64,000 bases of DNA from assembly GCA_040384485.1 (NCBI GenBank), contig JAZKJH010000002.1, positions 150,235 through 214,234 on the forward strand, given 5' to 3'. The DNA comes from Patescibacteria group bacterium (lineage in GTDB: Bacteria > Patescibacteriota > Minisyncoccia > Phycocordibacterales > DATDWN01). The translations under genes and the position numbers were made by a program. Below the pieces are notes generated by a model that made no database searches, was not told the DNA's origin, and worked only from the letters and a program-made list of their open reading frames with translations. This document shows, piece after piece, positions 17,199 through 26,571 of this stretch. Numbering within the stretch: the first letter of the stretch is position 1; each line of letters begins with the position of its first letter.

Positions 17199-19817
17199 TT
17201 AAACCACAAAGTTTATGATCTTGTTCGGCACAAAAACAACCTTCTGTACGTCCTTCCCCACTATCCATTTTTCTACTTCAGCCAACCCTCTTGCTAATCC
17301 GCTAACGTATTCTTCTTTAGAACCATACGGCACAACACAAGTAGCTCTAACCTTACTATTTATCTGGATAACAATTTTAACCTCGTCTGAGACAAGTTTC
17401 TTAGGGTCGTATTTTGGCCATTTTTCTAAAACTAAGGGTTTCTTGTTACCGAACTGTTGCCAGATTTCTTCTGTAATATGTGGAGCAAATGGGCAAAGAA
17501 TTTTCAAAAAAGCTTCAAAATCCTTCTCTGAAACTATCTTACCGTTGGACAATGTTTCCTCTATTTTATTCAAAAGCACCATCATTGCAGAAACAGCAGT
17601 GTTGAAACTAAAACTTTCTATATCCTCACCCACTTTTTTTATCGTTTTGTGGAGAATAATTTCAAAATCAGGGTCAGATTTCTTATTTTTTTCAATTATC
17701 TGGGGTGATACTCTCCAAGTTCTTTCTAAAAATCTTCGAGAACCAATAATACTGTCAGTATTCCATGGTAGAGACGCTTCAAAGGGCCCCATAAACATCT
17801 CATATACCCTTAATGTATCTGCACCATATGTAGAAACAATGTCGTTTGGGTTTATTACATTTCCCCAACGCTTACTCATCTTTCGATTATCTGGACCAAG
17901 AATCATTCCTTGATTTTTCAAAGTTTTAAATGGCTCAGATGAAAATACGAGTCCATGATCTTTCAGGAACTTGTGCCAAAACCTTGCATACAACAAATGC
18001 CCAGTAGCATGTTCAGCTCCGCCAACATACATATCAACACTGTCCCAATATTTCAAAGCTTTTTTATCCGCAAAAGCTTTCTTGTTTTTTGGATCCATAT
18101 AGCGCAAAAAGTACCAAGACGAACCAGCCCAACCTGGCATAGTGTTTGTTTCTAAACCTTTTTTCACCCATGAAGAAACGCCAGCGAGTGGAGATTCTCC
18201 TGTACCTGTTGGCATATATGATTTAACCTCGGGAAGCCTTAGTGGCAACTCTTTATCTTTTAGAGGATTAATTGTTCCGTCCTTACTGTGCACAAGTGGT
18301 ATAGGCTCACCCCAGTACCTTTGTCGTGCAAAAACAGCATCACGAATCTTATAAGTCGCGTGAACTCGAGCCCAACCCTTAGAAACTAGATACTTAACCA
18401 TATCCTTTCTAGCGTCTTTTCCATTCCTTCCCATAAACTCCTTCGGTTCAGTTAGTATTCCAGACTCCATATCATTGAAACAAACCTCTAAGTCTTTAAC
18501 TTTTTCTCCAAGTGCTTTATCTAGCGGCATTAAGACAGTCTTAAGTGGAATATTGAACTTTTTTGCAAAAGCAAAATCTCTTTCATCATGAGCTGAGCAC
18601 TTAACTATTCCTGTACCATATTCTTTTAGAGCGAAACTAGCTATCCAAATAGGCAAATTCCCATTTCCTAATGGATCCAATGCATAGCATCCGGTAAAAA
18701 TACCGTCTATCTCTTTGTATTCTCCTTCAGCAAAAGATTCACGTCTTTTTACTATATCATTTGCCTTTTTGAGTATTTCCTCCTGGTTTGATCTGTCAGC
18801 TAAAAGTTTTGGCAGTAGTGGATGATCTGGGGCAATGGCAAAAAAAGTATCGGCATAACATGCTTCAAAATGCGCAGAAAAAGTTTCCAACACAATATCA
18901 CTATCCTTTACGGGAGCTTGAAAGATAAGACCTTCACTTTTTCCGATCCAATTCTTTTGAATCTCTTTTATGCTGTCGTTCCAGTCTAGTTTTTCTAAAC
19001 CAGCCAAAAGTTTGTCAGCATAGGCAGTGATTCGCAAAAACCACTGTCTCATTTCTTTTTTTTCAACAGGATAACCTCCTCTTTCAGATACTGGACCGTT
19101 GGGTCCATCTAATATTTCATCGTTAGCCAGTACTGTGCCCAAAACAGGACACCAGTTAACTGAACTCCAGCCTTCATAAGCCAGTCTATAGTTCATCAAG
19201 ATATCCTGTTTTTCCTTTGGAGTCTTACTGTTCCAATCAATTTTTGAAAAGGTTGTACGCTCTGTAGTGTGAGCTTTTATTTTTTCATTTCCCTCCTTTT
19301 CAAATATGCGAACCAAAGTTTCAATTGGTTCCGCCTTATCCTTTTCTTTGTTATACCATGAGCCAAAAAGTTTTAGGAAAATAGACTGAGTCCATTTATA
19401 GAATTCTGGGTCGGTTGTGTTTACTTTTCTACTCCAGTCATAGGAAAGGCCTATTATCTGAAGTTGCTTCTCAAACATCTTAATATTATCCATGACTGCT
19501 TTTCTAGGAGCTATTTTGTGCTCTAGAGCATACTGCTCAGCAGGAAGACCGAATGCATCATATCCCATAGGGTGAAGCACGTTATAGCCCTGCATGCGCT
19601 TCAGTCGAGCATAGACATCAGAACCTATGTATCCCTTTGGGTGACCTACATGCAAACCTGTCCCGGATGGGTACGGAAACATATCCAAAACATAATGTTT
19701 TTTGCCTTTTTCCTTAGTTTTATAAACCTTTTTCTTCTCCCAAAGAGATTGCCATTTCTTTTCAACCTTTAGGTGCTCGTATTCTGGATTTTTTTTAACT
19801 GAGTTTGATTTTTTCAT
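17199..19817 (-). CDS. leuS: leucine--tRNA ligase
   Basis: MFPYPSGTGLHVGH, GGAEHATGHLLYARF, KMSKR. Confidence 0.98.
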   Translation of the reverse strand: MKKSNSVKKNPEYEHLKVEKKWQSLWEKKKVYKTKEKGKKHYVLDMFPYPSGTGLHVGHPKGYIGSDVYARLKRMQGYNVLHPMGYDAFGLPAEQYALEHKIAPRKAVMDNIKMFEKQLQIIGLSYDWSRKVNTTDPEFYKWTQSIFLKLFGSWYNKEKDKAEPIETLVRIFEKEGNEKIKAHTTERTTFSKIDWNSKTPKEKQDILMNYRLAYEGWSSVNWCPVLGTVLANDEILDGPNGPVSERGGYPVEKKEMRQWFLRITAYADKLLAGLEKLDWNDSIKEIQKNWIGKSEGLIFQAPVKDSDIVLETFSAHFEACYADTFFAIAPDHPLLPKLLADRSNQEEILKKANDIVKRRESFAEGEYKEIDGIFTGCYALDPLGNGNLPIWIASFALKEYGTGIVKCSAHDERDFAFAKKFNIPLKTVLMPLDKALGEKVKDLEVCFNDMESGILTEPKEFMGRNGKDARKDMVKYLVSKGWARVHATYKIRDAVFARQRYWGEPIPLVHSKDGTINPLKDKELPLRLPEVKSYMPTGTGESPLAGVSSWVKKGLETNTMPGWAGSSWYFLRYMDPKNKKAFADKKALKYWDSVDMYVGGAEHATGHLLYARFWHKFLKDHGLVFSSEPFKTLKNQGMILGPDNRKMSKRWGNVINPNDIVSTYGADTLRVYEMFMGPFEASLPWNTDSIIGSRRFLERTWRVSPQIIEKNKKSDPDFEIILHKTIKKVGEDIESFSFNTAVSAMMVLLNKIEETLSNGKIVSEKDFEAFLKILCPFAPHITEEIWQQFGNKKPLVLEKWPKYDPKKLVSDEVKIVIQINSKVRATCVVPYGSKEEYVSGLARGLAEVEKWIVGKDVQKVVFVPNKIINFVV

Positions 19818-19908
19818 AAATAATCTTTTGAAACGTATAATTCATAGTACCTAAAAAACAACTGTATTGCAAAAATCACCCCGACTTCGTGGGGTGATTT
19901 TTTTCAAA

Positions 19909-20835
19909 CTATCTCAGTGGCGCTTTTGAATATGTATTTGGGTTTATTGTTTGCTCGAAACAGTGTCGTCCAGCTGGATGTACTCCTGAAATACCTCCGT
20001 AATAGTACATATCGCGAGGAGCAGAAATACTTTCCATTTTGGGATCAGAAGGTAAGTTGAATTCTGCACACAAACTGTAAGTTAAATCTCCAGTCTTTAT
20101 GTACTCGTATGGTTTTTGAGTCTGTGAGTCTATTATAATTGGGTAATAACCAAGTCCCATGCTGTCATTCAATGTTTCCGGTAGCTTTTCATTCTCAGCG
20201 TAAAAACTAGTTATAAAGTTATTTATCTCCTGCAAGTTATTCATCTTATGGTTATCTTGTTTGTACTTTCGTTGTGTAGCAGGTGAACCTAGAACAGCAA
20301 AACCTAGAACAATAGAAATTAGAATAAGCGCGGCAGCAAAAATTCTCCACCCTTTCCTTGATTTTGAAGTAAGTGTTCCTCGAATATCTGATAAATAATA
20401 TGTAAACAAGCTAACTGAAACAACAAACAATGCAAGAACTTTTAGAAGAAAACCTGTTGTTATGTCTTGTCCATCCAAAAAGTAGTACAGAACAGTTACT
20501 AGGTTCCCTACCACAACCAACCCAGCAATAAACAAAGTTACATAGGTAAGTAGTTTGTGAATTCCAGTGTTTCTTGCTTCAAGACTGTGTCTGTATGTTT
20601 TTTCCAAAATCCACATAAGGTAAACAAAGATAGGAAAAACTACAATTAATGCTGCTACTGGCCATGAAATAGACTGACTAGCATTGTAGTAGCTGTATCC
20701 ACTAGTAACCTTTGGATATGCATAGTTAATAACTGTGAACAAAAGGTTCATTAAACTAATGACCACAGTATACAGTGCTACTGTAGCCCCTAAATTCAGA
20801 AAGAAATCTTTTGAATCGAATTTTTTTATATCCAT
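19909..20835 (-). CDS. multi-TM membrane protein (DUF5671-like)
   Basis: Five TMs, GSPATQR...Y.LCAEF C-terminal domain. Confidence 0.65.
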   Translation of the reverse strand: MDIKKFDSKDFFLNLGATVALYTVVISLMNLLFTVINYAYPKVTSGYSYYNASQSISWPVAALIVVFPIFVYLMWILEKTYRHSLEARNTGIHKLLTYVTLFIAGLVVVGNLVTVLYYFLDGQDITTGFLLKVLALFVVSVSLFTYYLSDIRGTLTSKSRKGWRIFAAALILISIVLGFAVLGSPATQRKYKQDNHKMNNLQEINNFITSFYAENEKLPETLNDSMGLGYYPIIIDSQTQKPYEYIKTGDLTYSLCAEFNLPSDPKMESISAPRDMYYYGGISGVHPAGRHCFEQTINPNTYSKAPLR

Positions 20836-20858
20836 TTTAAACTAGTTAATTGATAAAA

Positions 20859-21617
20859 TTATTGTTTTGGGTGAGTAGTTTTATTTACAAAACCCTCAAA
20901 CGCCTTCAAAACCTCCATAGGTACCATATATACGACGGTGTTACTCTGATCTGATGACATATCGTTAATTGACTGCAGTGTTCGGAGGTGTAATGCACCA
21001 GGAGCAGAAGCGAGCATTGCGGCAGCTTTTGCCATGTTTTCAGAAGCTGCCAACTCTCCTTCGGATGTAATAATAACGGCTCGCTTCTCCCTTTCAGCTT
21101 CAGCTTGCTTGCCTATAGTTCTCTCTAGCTCTGGTGGCAAAGAAATATCTTTTAGCTCTACATTTTGAACTTTCAATCCCCAAGCATCTGTTTCTTTGTC
21201 CACGATATCGCGAATAGTATCCGCTATCTTATCTCTACTTGAAAGTAGTTCATCCAAAGTAACTCCGCCGACAATATTTCTCATAGTAGTTTGAGCATAT
21301 TGAGAGATAGCATGTTGAAAATCCTCCACTTCGATAATAGCCCTGGATGCATCAGAAACTTTGTAGTAAATAACTGCATTCACTCTTACTGAAACGTTGT
21401 CTTTTGTTATGGCGTTTTGGTCCGGCACATCTACAGCTTTTGTACGAACATCCACTTTTTGGTATGACTGAAAAATAGGAACGACAAGTCTCCATCCTGG
21501 CTCCATAACTCCTGTGAATTTTCCTAGTGTAAATCTAATTCCTCTTTCATATTGGTTTATTTGCTTAATACTACTTAGTAGTATTAAAAATATTATTCCA
21601 AAAAATATATATGACAT
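20859..21617 (-). CDS. SPFH/band-7 (slipin/stomatin-like) protein
   Basis: QYERG...LGK, ITKDNVSV, AQTTMRNIVG, QAEAEREKRA, ALHLRTLQ. Confidence 0.93.
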   Translation of the reverse strand: MSYIFFGIIFLILLSSIKQINQYERGIRFTLGKFTGVMEPGWRLVVPIFQSYQKVDVRTKAVDVPDQNAITKDNVSVRVNAVIYYKVSDASRAIIEVEDFQHAISQYAQTTMRNIVGGVTLDELLSSRDKIADTIRDIVDKETDAWGLKVQNVELKDISLPPELERTIGKQAEAEREKRAVIITSEGELAASENMAKAAAMLASAPGALHLRTLQSINDMSSDQSNTVVYMVPMEVLKAFEGFVNKTTHPKQ

Positions 21618-21643
21618 TTCTTTTTTGTTAGTCTAGTAAGGTA

Positions 21644-22042
21644 TTATTCTGTTGTAACTCCATCAAACTCTTCTTCGTTTGCCATTGCATCTGCTTTCGT
21701 AACTCTCTCTATGCCGTCCTTGTGATGAGCTGGCATATATATAGTATAAAACTTTAGTGACACCTCGCCGGTATTGATTATGTTGTGAGTGGCTCCTTTT
21801 GGCACAACTACTGCATCTCCGTCACTTATTTCGTATTCTGTTTCATTTATAACAGCCTTACCTGTCCCTTCATCAATTCTAAAAAACTGATCATTCTCTG
21901 GATGAATTTCGCTCCCAATATCTTCTCCTGGAAGAAGTGACATCAGCACAAGCTGACTCTGCTCACCCGTATAAACAACTTTTCTAAAACTCTTGTTCTC
22001 TTTTGTTAATTCCTCAATATTTGCTTTGTATCCTTTTTTCAT
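21644..22042 (-). CDS. cupin domain protein
   Basis: QLVLMSL.PGEDIGSEIH...DQFF, VPKGATHNIIN. Confidence 0.9.
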   Translation of the reverse strand: MKKGYKANIEELTKENKSFRKVVYTGEQSQLVLMSLLPGEDIGSEIHPENDQFFRIDEGTGKAVINETEYEISDGDAVVVPKGATHNIINTGEVSLKFYTIYMPAHHKDGIERVTKADAMANEEEFDGVTTE

Positions 22043-22114
22043 ATGCAATAAGTATAACATACGAAAAAAGCTACTTACCACAGAGAGTGTGGTAAGTAGC
22101 TTAGAACCGAATGA

Positions 22115-22327
22115 TCAGGAACGAGCGTGGGCCTTTTTGGGCTTGCGCTTCTGGCGGTCTTGGAAATACGCGACCGGAAAGCGAAGCAGGAACATCACAA
22201 CAAATGCGATGACGACCCGCTTGAGGGAAAACTCGAACGAATTCCCCTCGGGCACCATGAGGTGCGCGACAACCATCCCAACAAACATTCGTGAAAGAAC
22301 CCAGTTGCCAAAAATCGGAAATTTCAT
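22115..22327 (-). CDS. small two-TM hypothetical protein with basic tail
   Basis: SD gaggt before MKFPIFGNW; terminator 22065-22102. Confidence 0.6.
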   Translation of the reverse strand: MKFPIFGNWVLSRMFVGMVVAHLMVPEGNSFEFSLKRVVIAFVVMFLLRFPVAYFQDRQKRKPKKAHARS

Positions 22328-22355
22328 TTTTACCTCTTTCAATTGTGATGTGTAC

Positions 22356-22511
22356 TTAATTGTATTCCACTTCAATCCTGAATGTATCTCCGTGCGCACT
22401 AACGAGACTGCCAATTGCCTCATACGGGGTATTGCCACAACCCCAGATTTCGGGGTGACCATCCAGACAGGCATGGTAATCATCGCTACGCTTCGTGATC
22501 ACAATCTTCAT
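22356..22511 (-). CDS. 51-aa protein resembling a HicB N-terminal domain (absent from ORF track)
   Basis: SD aaggag; MKIVITKRSDDYHACLDGHPEIWGCGNTPYEAIGSLVSAHGDTFRIEVEYN. Confidence 0.65.
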   Translation of the reverse strand: MKIVITKRSDDYHACLDGHPEIWGCGNTPYEAIGSLVSAHGDTFRIEVEYN

Positions 22512-22542
22512 CAAGGTGCTCCTTTGTCTAAGGTTTAAATAA

Positions 22543-22571
22543 ATTATATATGGATATCAAACTTTTGTCAA
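22543..22571 (-). promoter_or_regulatory. consensus sigma70 promoter
   Basis: TTGACA-17-TATAAT, 5 nt past the ychF stop. Confidence 0.8.
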
Positions 22572-22576
22572 GTATT

Positions 22577-23674
22577 TTATATTCTGAATTCTATAATATC
22601 GCCATCTTTGACAATATACTCTTTGCCCTCAGTCCTCACCTGCCCTTTTTCTCTCGCAACTGCATAAGAACCAGAAGAAATTAGATCTGAATAAGCTACA
22701 ATTTCCGCTCGAATAAACTTATCTTTGAAATCCGTGTGAATAGCCTGTCCGGCCACAGGTGCTGTGGAATCTTTCTTCACTGTCCAAGCTCTAGTCTCAT
22801 CCTCTCCAGTCGTAAAATATGTAATAAGGTTTAGTAGCTTGTATCCAGATTTGATTAGCGTATCTATGCCGTCGTCTTTTCCACCAAGTTCTGTTCTGAA
22901 CATTTCTTTTTCATCTCCCTCCAGGTCCTTCAGTTCGTGTTCTATACCAGCGTCTATTAATACCCACTCGTTATTGTTTTGTTTGAAAAATTCTATCAGT
23001 TTTGTATATCTTTCGTCATTCATCTCATCCAAGTTTTTTCCGCCGCCTTTTTTATTCAAAGCATACATAATAGGTTTAGAAGAAAGCAGGTTCATTTGCT
23101 TTACTACAGGCCACTGCTTCTCGTCAAAAGTCATTGTGTTGACCAACTTTCCTTGTTTCAGGTTTTCTAAAACGTTTCCCAAAACCTCGCCTTCGAAAAT
23201 AGCTTCTTTCTTACCAGCTTTTATATCCTTTTGTAAGTTTCCAATACGTTTCGCGACAGTTTCTTCGTCAGCAAGAATAAGTTCCAGGTTTATAACCTCA
23301 ATATCTGAGAGTGGATTGATCTTGCCATCCACGTGAATAACCTTGTCGTCTTCGAAAATTCTCACGACTTCTAGTATCGCGTCAGTCTCTCTGATGTTAG
23401 TTAAGAATTTGTTTCCAAGACCTTCTCCAGTTGATGCACCTTTTACCAGCCCAGCAATATCCACGAACTCAACAACCGCTGGAATAGTTTTTGCTGATTT
23501 CGAAAGTTCAGTTAGTTTCCATAGTCTCTCGTCTGGAACTGGGACGATTCCCACAGATGGATCGATAGTACAAAACGGATAGTTCTCCGCTGGAACTGAC
23601 TTTTTCGTAAGCGCATTAAAAAGCGTGGACTTCCCCACGTTCGGCAGACCTACAATTCCTATAGATAGTGACAT
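22577..23674 (-). CDS. ychF: redox-regulated ATPase YchF
   Basis: GIVGLPNVGKSTLFNALT, ENYPFCTIDP, DIAGLVKGAS, GKEYIVKDGD. Confidence 0.97.
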   Translation of the reverse strand: MSLSIGIVGLPNVGKSTLFNALTKKSVPAENYPFCTIDPSVGIVPVPDERLWKLTELSKSAKTIPAVVEFVDIAGLVKGASTGEGLGNKFLTNIRETDAILEVVRIFEDDKVIHVDGKINPLSDIEVINLELILADEETVAKRIGNLQKDIKAGKKEAIFEGEVLGNVLENLKQGKLVNTMTFDEKQWPVVKQMNLLSSKPIMYALNKKGGGKNLDEMNDERYTKLIEFFKQNNNEWVLIDAGIEHELKDLEGDEKEMFRTELGGKDDGIDTLIKSGYKLLNLITYFTTGEDETRAWTVKKDSTAPVAGQAIHTDFKDKFIRAEIVAYSDLISSGSYAVAREKGQVRTEGKEYIVKDGDIIEFRI

Positions 23675-23822
23675 AGACTAAAGATAACTAAAAAATGTAA
23701 ATATGTAAAATCACTTGTTAAACTTCCTAATCTATATATCTTGCAAGGTTCAGGCTTACCGTGATATAGTCTGGCTAGTAATAAGAAAAATTCACAACTG
23801 AATGTACCTTGAAGGAGAAGTT

Positions 23823-24518
23823 ATGCAGAGAGTTAGAATCCCAAGAGGCGGTTTGTATAGCAGATTCAATCCACCGTCCTCCCTTGAAGTTGCCTCAACT
23901 AGAATTGATGAGCTTAACAGGGAAATCGAGTACATTGAAAATTCAATTGAATTTTCGGGGCCCAAACAAGGTCAATCCGAACAGGAGTACCAAACTTGGG
24001 TTCAGAAAGCAGTCAGTGCTCTGAGCTACTTCAAAACAGAAAGAGTCTACTTAGTCACATGGACAACCCAGAACCAACCTGGTTCCGCACGTACAGACGG
24101 AACATATGCTAGTTCACTCGCGTACATTGACACTGAAGTAAGAAACTTTCTGGCCTCAGAGGAAGCAAAGTATGTTGAGTTATACTCATACTCACGTCCT
24201 GAGCCAACCAAAGAGCAAGCGATCTCTAGACGTCTTGAGCTAAACAAGCTTATGGACTATTTGGAGAAAAAAGAATTACATCTTAAAAATCTTTCCGACT
24301 CCAAGAAAATTGATATGCAGGATTGGAGATCAATCAGGAAAGGTATTTGGGATCTAAAGTCCAAAATCAAGGTTGAACAACGATATCTCAAACCCCTTGC
24401 AAGACTCGCTAATCGTTCTGGGCCAGCAGTATTTCTACTGGGACTCCTTGAACGTGCGGTATCGGAGGGCTTTAAAATGACCCCTGAAGAGGAATCCCAA
24501 TTCAAGGCTTTGCAATAA
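23823..24518 (+). CDS. hypothetical helical protein with internal duplication
   Basis: SD aaggag, upstream promoter-like sequence, terminator 24531-24564. Confidence 0.7.
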   Translation: MQRVRIPRGGLYSRFNPPSSLEVASTRIDELNREIEYIENSIEFSGPKQGQSEQEYQTWVQKAVSALSYFKTERVYLVTWTTQNQPGSARTDGTYASSLAYIDTEVRNFLASEEAKYVELYSYSRPEPTKEQAISRRLELNKLMDYLEKKELHLKNLSDSKKIDMQDWRSIRKGIWDLKSKIKVEQRYLKPLARLANRSGPAVFLLGLLERAVSEGFKMTPEEESQFKALQ

Positions 24519-24530
24519 TTTATCTAACAC

Positions 24531-24652
24531 AATCACCTTCCAGTATGCTGGAAGGTGATTTTTTTGAAGTTATTGTATCTGTTGGTGCCCCGCAAAACAT
24601 CGCGGGGCTTTTTTAATATAAAAAAATACCACCCGGGTTTAACGCCGGGTGG
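24531..24652. terminator. cluster of three intrinsic terminator hairpins
   Basis: aatcaccttccag/ctggaaggtgatt+T run; gccccgc/gcggggc+T run; A run+ccacccgg/ccgggtgg. Confidence 0.7.
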
Positions 24653-24690
24653 CTTGTATCGCACAATGCGATACTCAAACAAAGAACAAA

Positions 24691-25503
24691 TTACAAACTG
24701 GCAAACTGACCTTCGATTGCCTTGACGAAATCCGCGAATTTCTGGGTTTCAGTTACTCCCGGAATCCAGCAAAGATCAAGTGCTTTGAGATCGTAGTCCC
24801 CTACAACCCTCGCACCCGATGTCACATTCCCAGCTTCATCGTGGTCACGACCAAGCAGGATCACTCTGTCTGCCGTTGCACAGGCCATGCGAATGTCATG
24901 GGTTGTGACAATAATCGTGTTCAACTCGTGAGCATTTGCCATTTCAGTGATCAGGATTCTGGCTCTCTCCTTACCGAGGATGTCCAGGTTGGCAAATGGC
25001 TCATCCATCAGAAGAAAATGCTTTGAACACATCATCTGCTGGATAATAGCGACCCTCTGTCGTTGACCACCGGACAACTGAGACGGATAGTTTTTGACCA
25101 CACGGGTCAAGCCAAACCGTTCCAGATACTCCATGGCAATTTTTTCGCCAGTTTTTCCGCCCACAACATCCTTTTTCGAAACCTCGAAGGCTCGAACAAG
25201 GTTACCCAAAACTGTCCGTGACTCGATGAGTGGATAGTCCTGAGCAACAACACCCACTTCTCCCTGTCTTACTGGTTCAGTGTGGTTGTTAATGTAGATA
25301 CCACCTTCGGTGGGTACCTGCAGACCAGCGATGCACCGAAAGAGTTGTGTCTTACCGATGCCCGAGGGTCCGAGTAGAGCCACAATCTGTCCATAGCCAA
25401 GGGTGTTGTAAATCTCAAACTCGAGATCTTCCAAAACCTGGGTCGTTTTGAATGACAACGAAACCACTGCCCTCAATAGCCGTTCACCGACTTGGTATTC
25501 CAT
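24691..25503 (-). CDS. ABC transporter ATP-binding protein (NitT/TauB-like)
   Basis: Walker A GPSGIGKT, LSGGQRQR, LLMDEPF, TTHD. Confidence 0.93.
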   Translation of the reverse strand: MEYQVGERLLRAVVSLSFKTTQVLEDLEFEIYNTLGYGQIVALLGPSGIGKTQLFRCIAGLQVPTEGGIYINNHTEPVRQGEVGVVAQDYPLIESRTVLGNLVRAFEVSKKDVVGGKTGEKIAMEYLERFGLTRVVKNYPSQLSGGQRQRVAIIQQMMCSKHFLLMDEPFANLDILGKERARILITEMANAHELNTIIVTTHDIRMACATADRVILLGRDHDEAGNVTSGARVVGDYDLKALDLCWIPGVTETQKFADFVKAIEGQFASL

Positions 25504-26375
25504 TATTTTTTTCCTCCCTCACGAAGACCAGCCCATGGAAAAATCTTTCGAGCCTTCACAAAACCGAAGTCAATGAGAAGACCGACAATCCAAAGAAGAA
25601 TCTGGATGGCGTAAACTTCATCCAAATTCCAGGTTCTCTGGGAATTCAAAAGTAGTGTACCAACACCACCTTCGGACCTGGCGATACCTTCCACAGCGGT
25701 CAGCATCATCCAGCCCATTGCCTGGTTCTGACGAAGAATTTCAAGCATTTCAGAGGCACGACCCCGAAGGTCTGTCTCGTACATTGCCTGCCATTCTGAC
25801 ATCCCCATCGTTCGCATGTAATCTCGCTCGGCTTGGGGAACGGCATCAACCATTCTTGCCCAGCCAGCGATACAAAATGCACCCACAAACACAACCAAGA
25901 TAGACAGCTTTAAGCTGTGTGCCCCGGAGGTGTAGTAAGTCAAAATGAGAGTAATACCGGCAGTGCTCAAAAACCTGAAGTTTCCAAACACAGTCACGAT
26001 ACCCTTTGTCACCGACAAACTTCTTGCAATGACTGTCAAAATCCCGATTGGGATAAGGATCAGAATCATTTGAAAGTTGAGTGTCAGACTGACAATAAGT
26101 TCTCTTCCGAGAGCGTTCTCGGTCCAGAGCTTTCCAATTGCATCAACAATTGAAACAGGTCCTGGGAATGTCGACTCAGGAATCATCATCCAAAATCCAA
26201 TTGCAATTGCAATGTGGACAAGAGTGATGACTCGCATCGCCGAACTTGGCAAAGGGACATGCGGCAAGAAAGCTGCAATAGCTTTCCTTCCCCATGTGTT
26301 TGCATTAGCAACACGAAGATTCAAACTCGGTTCTACCGACATTGCAACATCGCGTTTTTTCGACTCTTCTGACAT
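25503..26375 (-). CDS. ABC transporter permease (NitT/TauC-like)
   Basis: About 6 TMs, EAA-like RTMGMSEW, W.ML.AVE...GGVG; stop overlaps ATPase start. Confidence 0.85.
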   Translation of the reverse strand: MSEESKKRDVAMSVEPSLNLRVANANTWGRKAIAAFLPHVPLPSSAMRVITLVHIAIAIGFWMMIPESTFPGPVSIVDAIGKLWTENALGRELIVSLTLNFQMILILIPIGILTVIARSLSVTKGIVTVFGNFRFLSTAGITLILTYYTSGAHSLKLSILVVFVGAFCIAGWARMVDAVPQAERDYMRTMGMSEWQAMYETDLRGRASEMLEILRQNQAMGWMMLTAVEGIARSEGGVGTLLLNSQRTWNLDEVYAIQILLWIVGLLIDFGFVKARKIFPWAGLREGGKK

Positions 26376-26571
26376 TTTGCCCTTCCTTTGTAAAAAACTG
26401 TAACTGTCAAAGATCTAATCGTGGACTGATTTTTAAACCCTTCCACCAAACCACTTTCCTGTACTCATTTCTGAATACTTGAAAGGGACTTGGAAAAGGG
26501 TCCGATAGCTGAGCAAGCCCAACTATCGGACCGTAGATTAACCTTATCTTCTACAAGGTGTTAAAGAACAA

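Noticed and set aside
22115-22483. 122-aa ORF from the track
   Set aside because: Better explained as two SD-led genes (22356-22511 in another frame, and 22115-22327).
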